64,000 nt of DNA from Alphaproteobacteria bacterium (GTDB taxonomy: Bacteria > Pseudomonadota > Alphaproteobacteria > RF32 > CAG-239), in assembly GCA_045633945.1 (NCBI GenBank), contig JAZQZH010000021.1, forward strand, positions 30,808-94,807, in the 5' to 3' direction. Shown piece after piece: positions 28,195-39,377 of the stretch. Every line of letters begins with the position of its first letter. Within the stretch, counting starts at the first letter, position 1. Below the pieces are notes generated by a model. That model worked only from the letters and a program-made list of their open reading frames with translations, did not search any database and was not told the DNA's origin. The position numbers and the translations under genes are program-made.

Positions 28195-28821
28195 ATGAAC
28201 AAAAGTGCAATAGAAGTTTTTGATAACACATTAGTACCAATGGTTGTTGAGCAAACATCTCGAGGAGAACGTTCTTTTGATATTTTTTCAAGATTACTAA
28301 AAGAGCGAATAATATTTTTAACAGGAGAAGTTAATGACGCGGTGTCATCGCTAGTTTGTGCTCAGCTTTTATTTTTAGAGTCTGAAAATCCTAAAAAAGA
28401 TATATACTTGTATATTAATTCACCTGGAGGGGTAGTGACATCTGGAATGGCAATGTATGATACAATGAAGTATATTTCATGTGATGTTGCAACTTTGTGT
28501 ATTGGTCAAGCTTGTTCTATGGGATCATTCTTATTGGCAGGAGGAACAAAAGGTAAACGTTTTTCGTTGCCAAATTCGCGTATAATGATACATCAACCAT
28601 CAGGCGGGGCAAGAGGTATGGCATCAGATATTGAAATTCAAGCACGCGAAATTCTAGAGTTGAAAAAACGTTTAAATAAAATTTACGCAGAAAATACCGG
28701 CAATAAATTATCTGTTATAGAAAAAGCAATGGATAGAGATAATTTTATGAATCCAGAAGAAGCTAAAGAGTTTGGTTTAATTGATCATATTGTTAAAAAT
28801 CGTTTAGATGTAATTAAGTAG
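28195..28821 (+). CDS. clpP: ATP-dependent Clp protease proteolytic subunit
   Basis: 208 aa with the active-site region [14 protein letters not shown], the His region MIHQPSGG and the usual ClpP N-terminus. Confidence 0.9.
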   Translation: MNKSAIEVFDNTLVPMVVEQTSRGERSFDIFSRLLKERIIFLTGEVNDAVSSLVCAQLLFLESENPKKDIYLYINSPGGVVTSGMAMYDTMKYISCDVATLCIGQACSMGSFLLAGGTKGKRFSLPNSRIMIHQPSGGARGMASDIEIQAREILELKKRLNKIYAENTGNKLSVIEKAMDRDNFMNPEEAKEFGLIDHIVKNRLDVIK

Positions 28822-28830
28822 GAATTAGTC

Positions 28831-30084
28831 ATGAGTGATACAGAAGATAAAGTGTTACATTGTTCTTTTTGCGGAAAAAGTCAAAATGAGGTAAAAAAAC
28901 TAATTGCTGGTCGTGGAGTATATATTTGCGATGAGTGTATAGATGTTTGTATCAATATTGTGTCTCAAGAAGTAAAAGAAGAACGTAAGGAAGAAGATAA
29001 AAAATTTCAAGAACATTTACCGACACCATCTAAAATTAAAGAATTTTTAGATCAATATGTGATTGGGCAAGATCATGCTAAAAGAGTTCTATCTGTTGCC
29101 GTTTATAATCACTATAAAAGATTAAACAATAAACTAAAAAATACAGATGTAGAAATATCAAAATCTAATGTGATATTGATTGGTTCAACAGGGTGTGGTA
29201 AGACACTTTTAGCTCAAACTCTAGCAAAAGTTTTAGATGTTCCATTTGCAATAGCAGATGCTACAACTTTAACTGAAGCAGGATACGTTGGTGAAGATGT
29301 TGAAAATATTGTATTAAAACTGGTTCAAGCCGCTAATTATGATATAGAAAAGGCAGAGCGTGGTATTGTGTATATCGATGAGATAGATAAAATAACGCGC
29401 AAAACAGATGGTCCATCAATAACACGTGACGTGTCTGGAGAAGGTGTTCAGCAGGCTCTTCTTAAAATCATAGAAGGTACAGTTGCTAATATTCCTCCTC
29501 AAGGTGGTAGAAAACATCCTCAACAAGAATTTTTGCATGTTGACACAACAAATATATTATTTATTTGCGGTGGTGCATTTGCTGGGATTGAAAAGATTAT
29601 TGGTAGAAGAGGTGAAGAAACATCTATTGGTTTTGGTGCTCAAATTAAAGATAGCCAAGAAAAAACTTTAGGAGAAATTTATAAGCAAGTTCAACCAGAA
29701 GATTTATTAAAATATGGATTAATTCCAGAATTTGTTGGTAGGTTGCCAGTTATAACTGCTCTTGAAGATTTAAATGAAGAGGCTTTAATTAAAGTATTAA
29801 CAGAGCCCAAGAATGCATTAATTAAGCAATATGAAACTTTATTTGGTATGGAAGATGTGAAGTTAACCATAACTAATGAGGCATTAATTGCTATTGCAAA
29901 AAAAGCAATTGAACGTAAAACAGGAGCTAGAGGCTTAAGAGCGATAATGGAAGAAAATTTACTGGATATAATGTATGATATTCCAGATAAAAAAGATATT
30001 GTAGAAATTGTAGTAGATGAAAAAGTAATAAAAGAAGGAAAAACTCCAACTTATGTGCGTAAACGCAATAAAAAATCTGCTTAA
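28831..30084 (+). CDS. clpX: ATP-dependent Clp protease ATP-binding subunit ClpX
   Basis: N-terminal C4 zinc finger (CSFCGK...CDEC), Walker A GSTGCGKT, Walker B YIDEIDK, and an IGF-loop region. Confidence 0.9.
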   Translation: MSDTEDKVLHCSFCGKSQNEVKKLIAGRGVYICDECIDVCINIVSQEVKEERKEEDKKFQEHLPTPSKIKEFLDQYVIGQDHAKRVLSVAVYNHYKRLNNKLKNTDVEISKSNVILIGSTGCGKTLLAQTLAKVLDVPFAIADATTLTEAGYVGEDVENIVLKLVQAANYDIEKAERGIVYIDEIDKITRKTDGPSITRDVSGEGVQQALLKIIEGTVANIPPQGGRKHPQQEFLHVDTTNILFICGGAFAGIEKIIGRRGEETSIGFGAQIKDSQEKTLGEIYKQVQPEDLLKYGLIPEFVGRLPVITALEDLNEEALIKVLTEPKNALIKQYETLFGMEDVKLTITNEALIAIAKKAIERKTGARGLRAIMEENLLDIMYDIPDKKDIVEIVVDEKVIKEGKTPTYVRKRNKKSA

Positions 30085-30097
30085 GGATTACAATAAA

Positions 30098-30125
30098 AAA
30101 GACATCTAAAAGATGTCTTTTTTTA
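30098..30125. terminator. Bidirectional intrinsic terminator between clpX (+) and holA (-)
   Basis: GACATCT AAA AGATGTC stem-loop with AAAAAA upstream and TTTTTTTT downstream. Confidence 0.7.
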
Positions 30126-31148
30126 TCTAAACTTTTTAACTCCATTTGCTATTTTTAATATAGCAAAACTTGCAACTTGTTCTGCAGGTAAATCTGTTGT
30201 TTTGCAATCCTTTTCAGTTTGATACAAAAACGTAATTGCACTAAGAATACGACTTCTATTCCATATTTTTAATTGATTGATAAAAGATGTTTTGCGAAAA
30301 AACATTAGAGGAGGTTTTAAGCTAGATACAACTCTATCAGCAGTATCGCCTTTCTCTACCTTAATGGCACAATCTAACAATTTCATAAAGTGATAACTAA
30401 TCGCTCTTATAATGCTAACAGGATTCTCGCCTTCAAAAACTAATCTATTATATGATGCGAGCGCTTTATCAACTAGCCCAAGCGCTATAAAATAACATAA
30501 ATCTTCTTGTGATGATGCAGATGTATCACTAATAACTGTTATAATATCATTTATGTTGATATTTTTATTACTTCCCATATAGGTTATTAGCTTCTCAATT
30601 TCATTATTGCTAATCTTTCTATCATTAGACAACCTTGAGCATAAAATTTGAAAGGCTGAATTATCTATATTAAAACCATTTTTAGCGATTATTTTATTGG
30701 CAAACAGAGATATATCTTCATCTCTGTCATCATAACAACCAATTCCATATAAACAATCTTCATCTTTGGCCATAATAGCTAAAGAATCTTTTGTTTTTAA
30801 GCTTGATGATGTAATAACAAGCAAACTATCAGAAGATGAACTATCCAGGAGTTCACGTAATTGTTTGGTTAGTTGATTTGTTGCTTCTTTTATAACAACA
30901 ACTCTTCTCCCGCTCATCAAAGATTGTGCGTTAAATTCCGCATATAATGCACCAATGTCAGAAGTTAAATCCCCCATATCCAAGTAGCTTACATGGAATG
31001 CATCGTATAAATCTTTTGATATTGCCCCAATGAACTGCTGTGAAATTGTTGAAACCATTCCTTCGTTGCTACCATAAATAACAACGCCTCTAATATTTTG
31101 AGGTATAGATTTAACAATACTTTCAACTTGCTCCGGTTTAATATTCAT
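30123..31148 (-). CDS. holA: DNA polymerase III delta subunit
   Basis: 341 aa. The start begins VIYGSNEG. Lies in the conserved leuS-lptE-holA arrangement. Confidence 0.65.
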   Translation of the reverse strand: MNIKPEQVESIVKSIPQNIRGVVIYGSNEGMVSTISQQFIGAISKDLYDAFHVSYLDMGDLTSDIGALYAEFNAQSLMSGRRVVVIKEATNQLTKQLRELLDSSSSDSLLVITSSSLKTKDSLAIMAKDEDCLYGIGCYDDRDEDISLFANKIIAKNGFNIDNSAFQILCSRLSNDRKISNNEIEKLITYMGSNKNININDIITVISDTSASSQEDLCYFIALGLVDKALASYNRLVFEGENPVSIIRAISYHFMKLLDCAIKVEKGDTADRVVSSLKPPLMFFRKTSFINQLKIWNRSRILSAITFLYQTEKDCKTTDLPAEQVASFAILKIANGVKKFR

Positions 31149-31701
31149 CCGGATTTCCTCGTTTAGTTTGTAAAGAGTGGAAGTAAGCCCCCAATCTCAA
31201 AGATATATCGTTTGCAATAATCTTCGCTGCATTCTTCTCATTTTTCTTTTGAGCAAATGTTGTAGAATAAGGGTCTCTTAAAATATCATACCCTAAATAT
31301 GCAACACTATTTCCTGAGATGAGTGTTTGAAGATCTGTATTTTTAAGAGTATAGCTTACAGTGTATATAACCTTCTTTCGTGTAGCTGTAATATCATTTC
31401 TGAGTGCTTGGTCTATCTCCTCTTTGTTAATTTTGGTTACACTAAAAATATATTTAGGATTTTTAGGTTCACCTTTAGGCGTAAGCTTATCAAGTAGATC
31501 GTTTCTGATTAATTGTCCGATTCTATCTTGTATAAGTTCAATTTTTACACTAGCCATTTCGTCTTTAATACCTGTATCAAATTCACTATTATAATACCAG
31601 TCACTAGACGATTTTTTTTCAACATAAAGCGGCTCAAATCCACATCCAGATATTAAGCTAAAAAACACTAAAAGTGCTATATTTTTTACACTACAAGACA
31701 A
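31138..31701 (-). CDS. lptE: LPS-assembly lipoprotein LptE
   Basis: Lipoprotein signal ...ALLVFFSLISGC. Probable TTG start at 31701 (M/LSCSVKNIALLVFFSLISGC) overlapping the leuS stop. The longer ATG-initiated ORF in the track would overlap leuS by ~100 nt. Position between leuS and holA. Confidence 0.55.
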   Translation of the reverse strand: MSCSVKNIALLVFFSLISGCGFEPLYVEKKSSSDWYYNSEFDTGIKDEMASVKIELIQDRIGQLIRNDLLDKLTPKGEPKNPKYIFSVTKINKEEIDQALRNDITATRKKVIYTVSYTLKNTDLQTLISGNSVAYLGYDILRDPYSTTFAQKKNEKNAAKIIANDISLRLGAYFHSLQTKRGNPDEY

Positions 31702-34168
31702 TGTTAACAATCCTATTTGGTACAACAATAATTTTCTTTGGTTCAATACTAGATAATTGCTTTGATACATTCTCAAGAGAAGTTGCAATCTCAATAACTT
31801 TATCTTTATCTAAATCACGCTCTACTTCTATTGTGCCACGCATCTTGCCATTAATTTGTACTGCAATTGTAACTGTATTTTCAATTGCAAGTTTTGCATC
31901 GCCAATAGGCCATGTTTCTTTAACAATAAGAGTTTCATGTCCTAGTCTTGCCCACATTTCTTCAGCTAAGTGAGGCGCAAATGGTGATAATAATTTCAAA
32001 AATGTTTCATACAAATTAATAGAAATTTTATCTAAGTTTGCAAGATAGTTTGCAAGTGTCATTAAGGATGAAATCGCAGTATTAAATTTCATCTGGTCAA
32101 TACGTTCACCGACATCCAAAATGGCCTTATGCATAACTTGAATATCTTTAGCAGTCATACCTACATTTGCAACTTTTCCAAATAGTGTATAAATTTTATT
32201 AACAAAACGATATACACCATTCAAGCTATCATCTGACCACATTGCAACTTGATCAAACGGACCTATAAACATTTCATACATTCTAAAGGCATCAGCACCA
32301 TAAGAATCAATAACTTCATCCGGGTTAATAACGTTACCTCTAGATTTTGACATCTTTTCACCATTTTCAGCTAAAATCATACCGTGAGAAGTACGCTTAT
32401 TAAACGGTTCAGATGATGGAACGCATCCGCAATCATATAAGAATTTATGCCAAAAACGTGAATACAATAAGTGAAGAGTAACATGTTCCATACCACCATT
32501 ATACCAGTCAACATTCATCCAATAATCAAGAGCCTCTTTCGATGCAAATTCTTTATCATTATGAGGATCACAATATCTTAAGAAATACCAAGAAGAGCCT
32601 GCCCAGTTTGGCATAACATCTGTTTCTCTGCGAGCTTCTTTTCCACATTTAGGACAAGTAGTTTTAACCCAATCAGTTGCCTTTGCAAGAGGGGATTCTC
32701 CTTCATCATTTGGTAAAAAGTCTGTTACATCAGGTAAGGTTAAAGGTAATTCAGACACTGGTAATGGTTGCCATCCACAATGTTGGCAGTAAACCATAGG
32801 TATAGGCTCTCCCCAATAACGTTGACGAGAAAATACCCAGTCACGAAGCTTAAAGTTTATTTTAGCCTCACCAAACTTCTTTTCTTTAGCATATTCAATT
32901 GCTTTTTTTATACCTTCATCTTTTCCAAGACCATCTAAGAAATCTGAATTTATATGGAGCCCATCTTCTTCAAAAGCTTTTTCAGAAATATCACCACCAT
33001 CAAGCACTTGAATGATAGGTAAATTAAATACTTTTGCGAAATCGTAGTCTCTTTGATCATGAGCTGGAACAGCCATAATTGCACCAGTACCATAACCAGT
33101 TAAAACATAATCAGATATAAATATTGGTATAAGATTTCCATTGAATGGATTCTTAGCCTTAATGCCTTTCAATTCAACTCCTGATTTAGAATCATTTGCT
33201 GTTCTTTGTAAGTCAGATTTTTTTGATGTTTCCAATACATATGCATCAATATCATCAACGTTTTCAAAATTATTTTTAAGTTCAGATACATATTTATGCT
33301 CAGGAGCCATAACCATATACGTAACACCAAATGCAGTATCTGGACGAGTTGTAAATACTTTTAACTTTTTGCCTAAATAATTACCGTAATTATCAGTGAT
33401 CTCAAAATCCAACTCAGCACCTTCAGAGCGACCAATCCAATTTATTTGTTGAGCTTTAACTCTGTCAATAAAATCGATGTCTTTAAGATCATCAATTAAT
33501 CTGTCTGCATACTTAGTAATAGCAATCATCCATTGTTCTTTGTTTTTGCGAACAACATCTGCTCCACAACGTTCACAATGCCCATCGACAACTTCTTCAT
33601 TTGCAAGACCAACTTTACAACTTGGACACCAGTTAATAGCAATTTTGTCTTTATATGCTAGACCTTTTTCATAAAATTTTAAAAACATCCATTGTGTCCA
33701 TTTATAATATTCTGGATCGCAAGTATTAAAGCATCTATCCCAATCAAATGAAAGACCGATAGACTTTAATTGTTTTGTAAAGTTTTTAATATTTTCTTTG
33801 GTAGAAATAGCAGGATGAATACCTGTTTTAACCGCATAGTTTTCAGCCGGTAAGCCAAAAGCATCAAAGCCCATAGGGTACAAAACATTATATCCTTCCA
33901 TTCTTTTTTTACGAGAGATAACATCAAGAGCAGTATATGAACGAGGATGGCCAACATGAAGACCTGCACCCGATGGATAAGGGAATTCCACTAAAGCATA
34001 AAATTTTTCTTTATTCTTATCAATTTCCACTTTGTATGCTTTTTCATCATCCCAAATATTTTGCCATTTATTCTCAACAGTTTTAAAGTTGTATCTATCT
34101 TCTAAAGCCCAATCTTTTTTCCATTCTTCAAAAGTTTCTTTTCCGTTATATCTGGCATTATTACCCAT
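31691..34168 (-). CDS. leuS: Leucyl-tRNA synthetase
   Basis: HIGH motif (HVGHP), KMSKS motif and a CP1 editing domain. I prefer the start at 34168 (MGNNARYNGKE...) because of an AAGGA RBS; the track ORF begins 33 nt further upstream. Confidence 0.9.
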   Translation of the reverse strand: MGNNARYNGKETFEEWKKDWALEDRYNFKTVENKWQNIWDDEKAYKVEIDKNKEKFYALVEFPYPSGAGLHVGHPRSYTALDVISRKKRMEGYNVLYPMGFDAFGLPAENYAVKTGIHPAISTKENIKNFTKQLKSIGLSFDWDRCFNTCDPEYYKWTQWMFLKFYEKGLAYKDKIAINWCPSCKVGLANEEVVDGHCERCGADVVRKNKEQWMIAITKYADRLIDDLKDIDFIDRVKAQQINWIGRSEGAELDFEITDNYGNYLGKKLKVFTTRPDTAFGVTYMVMAPEHKYVSELKNNFENVDDIDAYVLETSKKSDLQRTANDSKSGVELKGIKAKNPFNGNLIPIFISDYVLTGYGTGAIMAVPAHDQRDYDFAKVFNLPIIQVLDGGDISEKAFEEDGLHINSDFLDGLGKDEGIKKAIEYAKEKKFGEAKINFKLRDWVFSRQRYWGEPIPMVYCQHCGWQPLPVSELPLTLPDVTDFLPNDEGESPLAKATDWVKTTCPKCGKEARRETDVMPNWAGSSWYFLRYCDPHNDKEFASKEALDYWMNVDWYNGGMEHVTLHLLYSRFWHKFLYDCGCVPSSEPFNKRTSHGMILAENGEKMSKSRGNVINPDEVIDSYGADAFRMYEMFIGPFDQVAMWSDDSLNGVYRFVNKIYTLFGKVANVGMTAKDIQVMHKAILDVGERIDQMKFNTAISSLMTLANYLANLDKISINLYETFLKLLSPFAPHLAEEMWARLGHETLIVKETWPIGDAKLAIENTVTIAVQINGKMRGTIEVERDLDKDKVIEIATSLENVSKQLSSIEPKKIIVVPNRIVNIVL

Positions 34169-34298
34169 TTCGAAAATCCTTATTATATAAATTTTAATCA
34201 ATATTTAGCGTTAATCTATCATAATGAAAAAAAAATACAATGCTTTTAAATAAAAAAATATATTTATTCATATTTAATAATTAGCTATATAAAACAAA

Positions 34299-34330
34299 AA
34301 GGTTTCATACATTATGTATGAAGCCTTTTT
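34299..34330. terminator. Intrinsic terminator downstream of the 34342..35277 gene
   Basis: AGGTTTCATACAT / ATGTATGAAGCCT imperfect hairpin flanked by an A-run and a T-run. Confidence 0.55.
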
Positions 34331-34341
34331 GATAAGGTAGT

Positions 34342-35277
34342 TTAGACGTAACCAAATCTTTCTTTTAATAGGTTGTTCCACTCTGCCTTCTTAAATTGCT
34401 TAATAGCCTTTTTGGCATCATCGCTCATTCGTTTGCTATATTTCAATAGATAACCAATGGCTTTAAAGTTTTTGCTATTTATTAATTCAAGTTCAGCAGA
34501 ATATCCTATCCACTTGTTTGAGAGTATAAGTTCAATCATGCGACCACTGCAATATTTAAAAATTGCGATGGAAACCTCATGTGGTAGAGATGAATGATGC
34601 ATGTTATCTAACATCAATCTTAAAATAATTTCGTTGTTAGATTTTACAGCATACATTTGCGTTTCTGTATTCTCCCAAACGCAACAAGCTTTGAGTGATA
34701 GGCAATTAATTGCAAAAGCGTGCTCGTAGTCAATATAAGCAAACTTTCTCAACCTTAAAAGATGTAATAAGTTAAAGTCGCCATTTTCTAAAGCCAACTG
34801 AAGGAGGTGTACATCATTAGAAAATCCGATTTTTCTGATAAGGTGTTTTACTTCAGTTAGATCTTCGCCATGAAGATCGGCTACACAAACATTTTTTAAT
34901 ACTGCGTTAGCATCTCTTAATACGCTTTGGAGGTATTCGGGAGATATCAGGCTGATTGCATTAAAATGTGTGATACATCCCTTTGAATGCGTTTTTATAG
35001 TGTCTATACAGTTTATCGCTATTAAGGGGTAAAGCTCATCTTGAATACCGCCTCTATTTATAAGTTGCAAGCAATTAAAAGGGGTGCCGTATTCGCAGAT
35101 AGCTCTTTTAGCTTCAATGGGTAAAAAACGCTTTTTTGCAAGTCTCTCTAAATAAATAGGGTTTCTTGTTTTGGCTATTTCTAACATTTCTTCAATGCTC
35201 ATTTCATAGCTATAAGCTAGATGATCAAGTATTTTCACATGAGATGCACTTGAAGTGGGAGTGTCATTTGTTTTCAT
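34342..35277 (-). CDS. Hypothetical cytoplasmic or possibly secreted protein with no signal peptide; weak ankyrin-like helical repeats
   Basis: 311 aa. Leu-rich helical segments (DVHLLQLALENGDFNLLHLLRLRKFA; NEIILRLMLDNMHHSSL). No clear family. Monocistronic between two terminators. Confidence 0.4.
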   Translation of the reverse strand: MKTNDTPTSSASHVKILDHLAYSYEMSIEEMLEIAKTRNPIYLERLAKKRFLPIEAKRAICEYGTPFNCLQLINRGGIQDELYPLIAINCIDTIKTHSKGCITHFNAISLISPEYLQSVLRDANAVLKNVCVADLHGEDLTEVKHLIRKIGFSNDVHLLQLALENGDFNLLHLLRLRKFAYIDYEHAFAINCLSLKACCVWENTETQMYAVKSNNEIILRLMLDNMHHSSLPHEVSIAIFKYCSGRMIELILSNKWIGYSAELELINSKNFKAIGYLLKYSKRMSDDAKKAIKQFKKAEWNNLLKERFGYV

Positions 35278-35488
35278 AATTTCAATTTTATTATTAAATT
35301 CATAAAAAGTAATTACATGTTAAATACATTTACTAACCAAGGTATAAATAATGTTATAGTGTTTAATAATACAATACGAAAATATTAACATAATTATCAA
35401 ATTTGTTAGAAAGTATAGTTTTTTTGTTTTTTTGTCAATAGTAATCGTTAAAATCAAAATAAAATGTTTTTTATTTTAACCATTATAG

Positions 35489-36151
35489 TTATAATCTGTT
35501 TGAGATTCTTTTTAGTGCATCTTCATTGGCTAGTACTTTGTCGTAGAACTTTTCTAAGAACCAATCAATATTTTCACCTTCTTCAATAATCATTTGATAA
35601 AAGCGTTTTCTATACTCAATAACCATACTTACATTTGATATAGATACATCTACAGCTTGAATGCGATTTTGTTTGCCTCTAATTAGTTTGAATTCAACAG
35701 GAATTTTTTCGACAGGAACCTCACCGGCGAATTCTCCCAACATAACAGAACAGGTAACGGTTGTAAATTTTGGATATTCTACTACATCGTCAATACTAAA
35801 AGATATGTTGGATGAAGTAAACTTTATATTAAATTGTTTATATAAACTCAATATGTATCTTTGAAATAAATTATTATATCTAGTTTTCTGAGAGTTATTC
35901 ATTTTTCTTGCATATTTTCCAATTACAAACTTGGAGACATACTCAATATTTATGTCTTCTAAAATCATTTGATCGAGTTTTGCGTATTTTTCTACAGTGT
36001 TCTCCATCCCTAATGTCTGTAGTAACTCCTGTCCTTTATCGTTAGCCCAAACTCTAGCTTCTTCAGCATTAATAGAGACCTCTGAAGCTTTAACCATGCC
36101 TCCCCAAAAAATAAATGTTATATATAATAAAAAATGCAAGAATTTAATCAT
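35489..36151 (-). CDS. mlaC: Phospholipid-binding periplasmic protein MlaC (Ttg2D/toluene-tolerance family)
   Basis: Signal peptide plus Ttg2D-like fold sequence (...YVSKFVIGKYARKMNNSQKTRYNNLFQRYILSLY...). Confidence 0.7.
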   Translation of the reverse strand: MIKFLHFLLYITFIFWGGMVKASEVSINAEEARVWANDKGQELLQTLGMENTVEKYAKLDQMILEDINIEYVSKFVIGKYARKMNNSQKTRYNNLFQRYILSLYKQFNIKFTSSNISFSIDDVVEYPKFTTVTCSVMLGEFAGEVPVEKIPVEFKLIRGKQNRIQAVDVSISNVSMVIEYRKRFYQMIIEEGENIDWFLEKFYDKVLANEDALKRISNRL

Positions 36152-36216
36152 AGAAACACCTGTCTATACAATAACTATGATACAAGCTTATAGCTAAAAT
36201 ATTAAAAAAATATAAA

Positions 36217-37671
36217 TTATTTTAATGTTGCCAAATATTCAAACTCTGTTTGTTTGTATAATGTGTTAATAATGTCAGGGGCGTATACTTGAGAGTATTT
36301 TTGTTCACCATACATTCTAAAGGCTCTTAAATCAAAGTGATTCTTTGTATAAATAAATTTAGGACGATTATTTAATATAATATTATTTATATCAACAATC
36401 TTTTTTAGGCCAAATTCTTGTTCCATTACAGGTATCAGCATATCAAGGCCAAACCAATAATAACTAGCATCTAATCTGTATATGTTAAAATTTTTATCAT
36501 ATCCATTCATTACAATATCATCTTTATCAGAATTTTTATGAACATATTGTGATAATTTATAGTTATTATAGCTATTATGAATTTCAGAAGTTTGTATTAT
36601 TTTGTTAAAAAGAAATCCTTGATATAAAAATAGGATTATCGCAATCAGTACATTTGTGCCCCAATATTTGCCTAGATACTTCGTGATGAATAAAGATAAA
36701 ATTAAAGCATTTAAAAATACTAAAGTTGTATAATAATTAGGGTGTGGCGAAAAATAAAAAGCTCGCATTACAAATTCTGTGCAATAAAGAATAGATATAA
36801 TTTTAAAATATAGATTTTCTTTTTTGAATAAATACAAGGCTATAATAAATGTTATACCATAAATACTTGTAATTAAATTGCTATACCAAAAAGAGCCTCT
36901 ATCAAAATAATATACAAGAGCTTGATTAAAACGATAATTTAGAGCAAAAAACTCAATTCCTGCGCCTTTTAGGATGAAAAACATAATGCTAAACGAGATT
37001 AATAAAACACATGGCACAGATGCAAGTATAATATTTTTAAAAGTAATTTTTTTAATAAATAATAAGCCAAACAGAATTGTTATAATGTTTGCTAAAAGAA
37101 ATGCAATTTTTTGTAAAAATAAAAAAGATATTCCAAAGCAAATAAAACTTATAACCAAATTTTTTAATTGTTTGTTATTTAAATAGCAAAACCAATAATA
37201 TATGCCCATAATAAAAAATAAATTCATGAAATTATCTGGGCGAAATTGGTAAAAGTTATATAGCGAAATAATGTTGCATAAAGATAAAGCAACAACTATC
37301 CATCCGCATTTTTTATTTGAAAAAAACTGCGATATTTTATAGATGTATAAGAGTGTTAGGCTCGATGCCCCCAAACTAATTAAGCGCATCACGTAAAATA
37401 CTATTGCTTCATCATAAAAAGCTCTAACAATTGGTGCTGATAAAAACCAAAGTAAAGGGTGATGATGTTCAAAAAAATCTCTATATGGAATCTTGCCTTG
37501 ACTCACCAGCCACGAAGCGTGCAAATGCTCAAACTCATCAACAACCTGAAAGCCTGAAAAAATAAATCCATATCCAATTATAAATAAGGACACTATAATA
37601 AAAAGCTTTATTGCATGTATAAGCGACGCATCATCAAAATCATTCAGTTGTTTTTTTATTAGCCTTAACAT
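36217..37671 (-). CDS. GT-C fold membrane glycosyltransferase, PMT_2/ArnT-like (GT39/GT83 type)
   Basis: 484 aa with about 12 TMs. The first periplasmic loop is VVDEFEHLHASWLVSQGKIPYRDFFEHHHP, a DE..H motif like the PMT/ArnT catalytic loop. A 4-nt gap to the upstream FAD-oxidoreductase gene suggests an operon. Confidence 0.5.
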   Translation of the reverse strand: MLRLIKKQLNDFDDASLIHAIKLFIIVSLFIIGYGFIFSGFQVVDEFEHLHASWLVSQGKIPYRDFFEHHHPLLWFLSAPIVRAFYDEAIVFYVMRLISLGASSLTLLYIYKISQFFSNKKCGWIVVALSLCNIISLYNFYQFRPDNFMNLFFIMGIYYWFCYLNNKQLKNLVISFICFGISFLFLQKIAFLLANIITILFGLLFIKKITFKNIILASVPCVLLISFSIMFFILKGAGIEFFALNYRFNQALVYYFDRGSFWYSNLITSIYGITFIIALYLFKKENLYFKIISILYCTEFVMRAFYFSPHPNYYTTLVFLNALILSLFITKYLGKYWGTNVLIAIILFLYQGFLFNKIIQTSEIHNSYNNYKLSQYVHKNSDKDDIVMNGYDKNFNIYRLDASYYWFGLDMLIPVMEQEFGLKKIVDINNIILNNRPKFIYTKNHFDLRAFRMYGEQKYSQVYAPDIINTLYKQTEFEYLATLK

Positions 37672-37680
37672 AAGTAATAT

Positions 37681-39246
37681 CTAAGCTGTTTTTTTTTCTT
37701 CATGATAGTCTGATTCTGTATTGACCGCCCATATTTCTTCACGGTCATTTATGTCTCCCAATATTAAATCGACCGTTTTCATGGCAGCTAGAGTAGAGTG
37801 ATCCATATTATTGTATCTGTGCATACCATTTCTTCCAACTAAATATAGATTCTCAATGTTATTAACATATTGTTTAACGTCATCAAATTTATCATATGTT
37901 CCAAAGTATGCTGGATATGCTTTTTTCACTTTATGTGTGTATGCATCTAACACATCGTTCTTATCAAAAATACCTATTTTATCTGCTTCATTTATTGCAA
38001 ATTCAATAAATTTGTCATTCTCATCATTCCAAATATGATCATTTTCGTTGCAGAAATATTCAAGGCCAATCCACACTGTATCTTTAAAATTATCAACCAA
38101 ATATGGACTCCAATTGTTAAACACCTGAAGTCGTCCAAGTTTAACATCGCGCTCTTGTATATAAATCCATGTATCAGGAACAATGTTATTTATTGTTTTT
38201 ATTTGTGTAGTATTTTTTAGCTTTAATTTATTTAATAATACACCGACAACTCTAAAGTCTCTATACATTAAGCCGCTTGCAATATCTTTAATATTATTAG
38301 GAACATCATTCATAGCTTCTACTAAATCTTTAACAGGCATTGTAGATATGAATAAGTCTCCTTCATAAACTTTTTTGTTGCCATTTTTATCTATCGCCTC
38401 AATTGCTACAATTTTATTTTCGTATTTTATTACACGCGTAACAGTTTCATTGAAAATAATTTTTCCACCTTTTTCTATTATGTCATTTGCAACATTTTGC
38501 CACATATGCCCCGGTCCAAATTTAGGGTAAAAAAAGCTCTCAATAAAACTTGTTTCGACAGCTTTTCCTTTTTTGCCACTTAAATTATTGATGATTTGCT
38601 TTAATACTTTAAGTATAGATATGCCTTTAATTCTTTGAGCCCCCCATTCAGCAGATATTTTATTACAATCTATACCCCATAACTTTTCTGTATAGTCCTT
38701 GAAGAAGGTTAAATAAAGTTCTTTGCCAAAGCGATTTATCATGAAATCTTCAAGGGATTTTTCCTCTTTTATAGGAAAAGCCAATGCTTTCATATAAGAA
38801 CAGCCAATTTTAAACATTCTCCATAAACCAAGTCCTTTTATAGTATCCATATTTAAACTTACAGGATAATTAAAGAATGTTTTCAAGTAATATATACGAG
38901 AAAGCCTATTTCTTTTTAACATTACTCTATCTGTTTTTTCTGGGTCTGGCGCTCCTTTAATGTCTGATAATTCAACATTGCGCTCTAATATTGTATCATC
39001 TTTAGAGGGAGTGCCTTGTAGAGGTAGAATATCAAGCCACCATTTCATAACTCTTTCGGATTTAGAGAAAAATCGATGCCCCCCCATATCTATCTTATTA
39101 TTTTTATAATCAAGTGTTGCGCTTATGCCACCAACGAAATCATTTTCTTCAATAATAATAGGAGAATAATCTGAACGTTGTAATAGCTCATATGCTGCAG
39201 TTAATCCAGCTGGCCCAGCACCGATTATAATAGCTTTTTTACTCAT
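37681..39246 (-). CDS. FAD/NAD(P)-binding oxidoreductase (amine-oxidase/UDP-galactopyranose-mutase-like Rossmann N-terminus)
   Basis: Dinucleotide-binding motif at the N-terminus: [19 protein letters not shown]...[10 protein letters not shown]...MGGHRFF. 521 aa. Confidence 0.6.
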   Translation of the reverse strand: MSKKAIIIGAGPAGLTAAYELLQRSDYSPIIIEENDFVGGISATLDYKNNKIDMGGHRFFSKSERVMKWWLDILPLQGTPSKDDTILERNVELSDIKGAPDPEKTDRVMLKRNRLSRIYYLKTFFNYPVSLNMDTIKGLGLWRMFKIGCSYMKALAFPIKEEKSLEDFMINRFGKELYLTFFKDYTEKLWGIDCNKISAEWGAQRIKGISILKVLKQIINNLSGKKGKAVETSFIESFFYPKFGPGHMWQNVANDIIEKGGKIIFNETVTRVIKYENKIVAIEAIDKNGNKKVYEGDLFISTMPVKDLVEAMNDVPNNIKDIASGLMYRDFRVVGVLLNKLKLKNTTQIKTINNIVPDTWIYIQERDVKLGRLQVFNNWSPYLVDNFKDTVWIGLEYFCNENDHIWNDENDKFIEFAINEADKIGIFDKNDVLDAYTHKVKKAYPAYFGTYDKFDDVKQYVNNIENLYLVGRNGMHRYNNMDHSTLAAMKTVDLILGDINDREEIWAVNTESDYHEEKKTA

Positions 39247-39344
39247 AAGATCTCCTCCTTCACGTTACAATATGTAGCAATATATTAATTTTTTTTCTAT
39301 TTTGCAATATAATAAATAAATAGTGTTAATATATTAATCTTTGT

Positions 39345-39368
39345 ATAAAAAAGGGAGCTTTCGCTCCC
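39345..39368 (-). terminator. Rho-independent terminator downstream of pgk
   Basis: GGGAGC TTTC GCTCCC hairpin (39353-39368). On the minus-strand RNA it is followed by UUUUUUAU. Confidence 0.7.
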
Positions 39369-39377
39369 AATGTTTGA

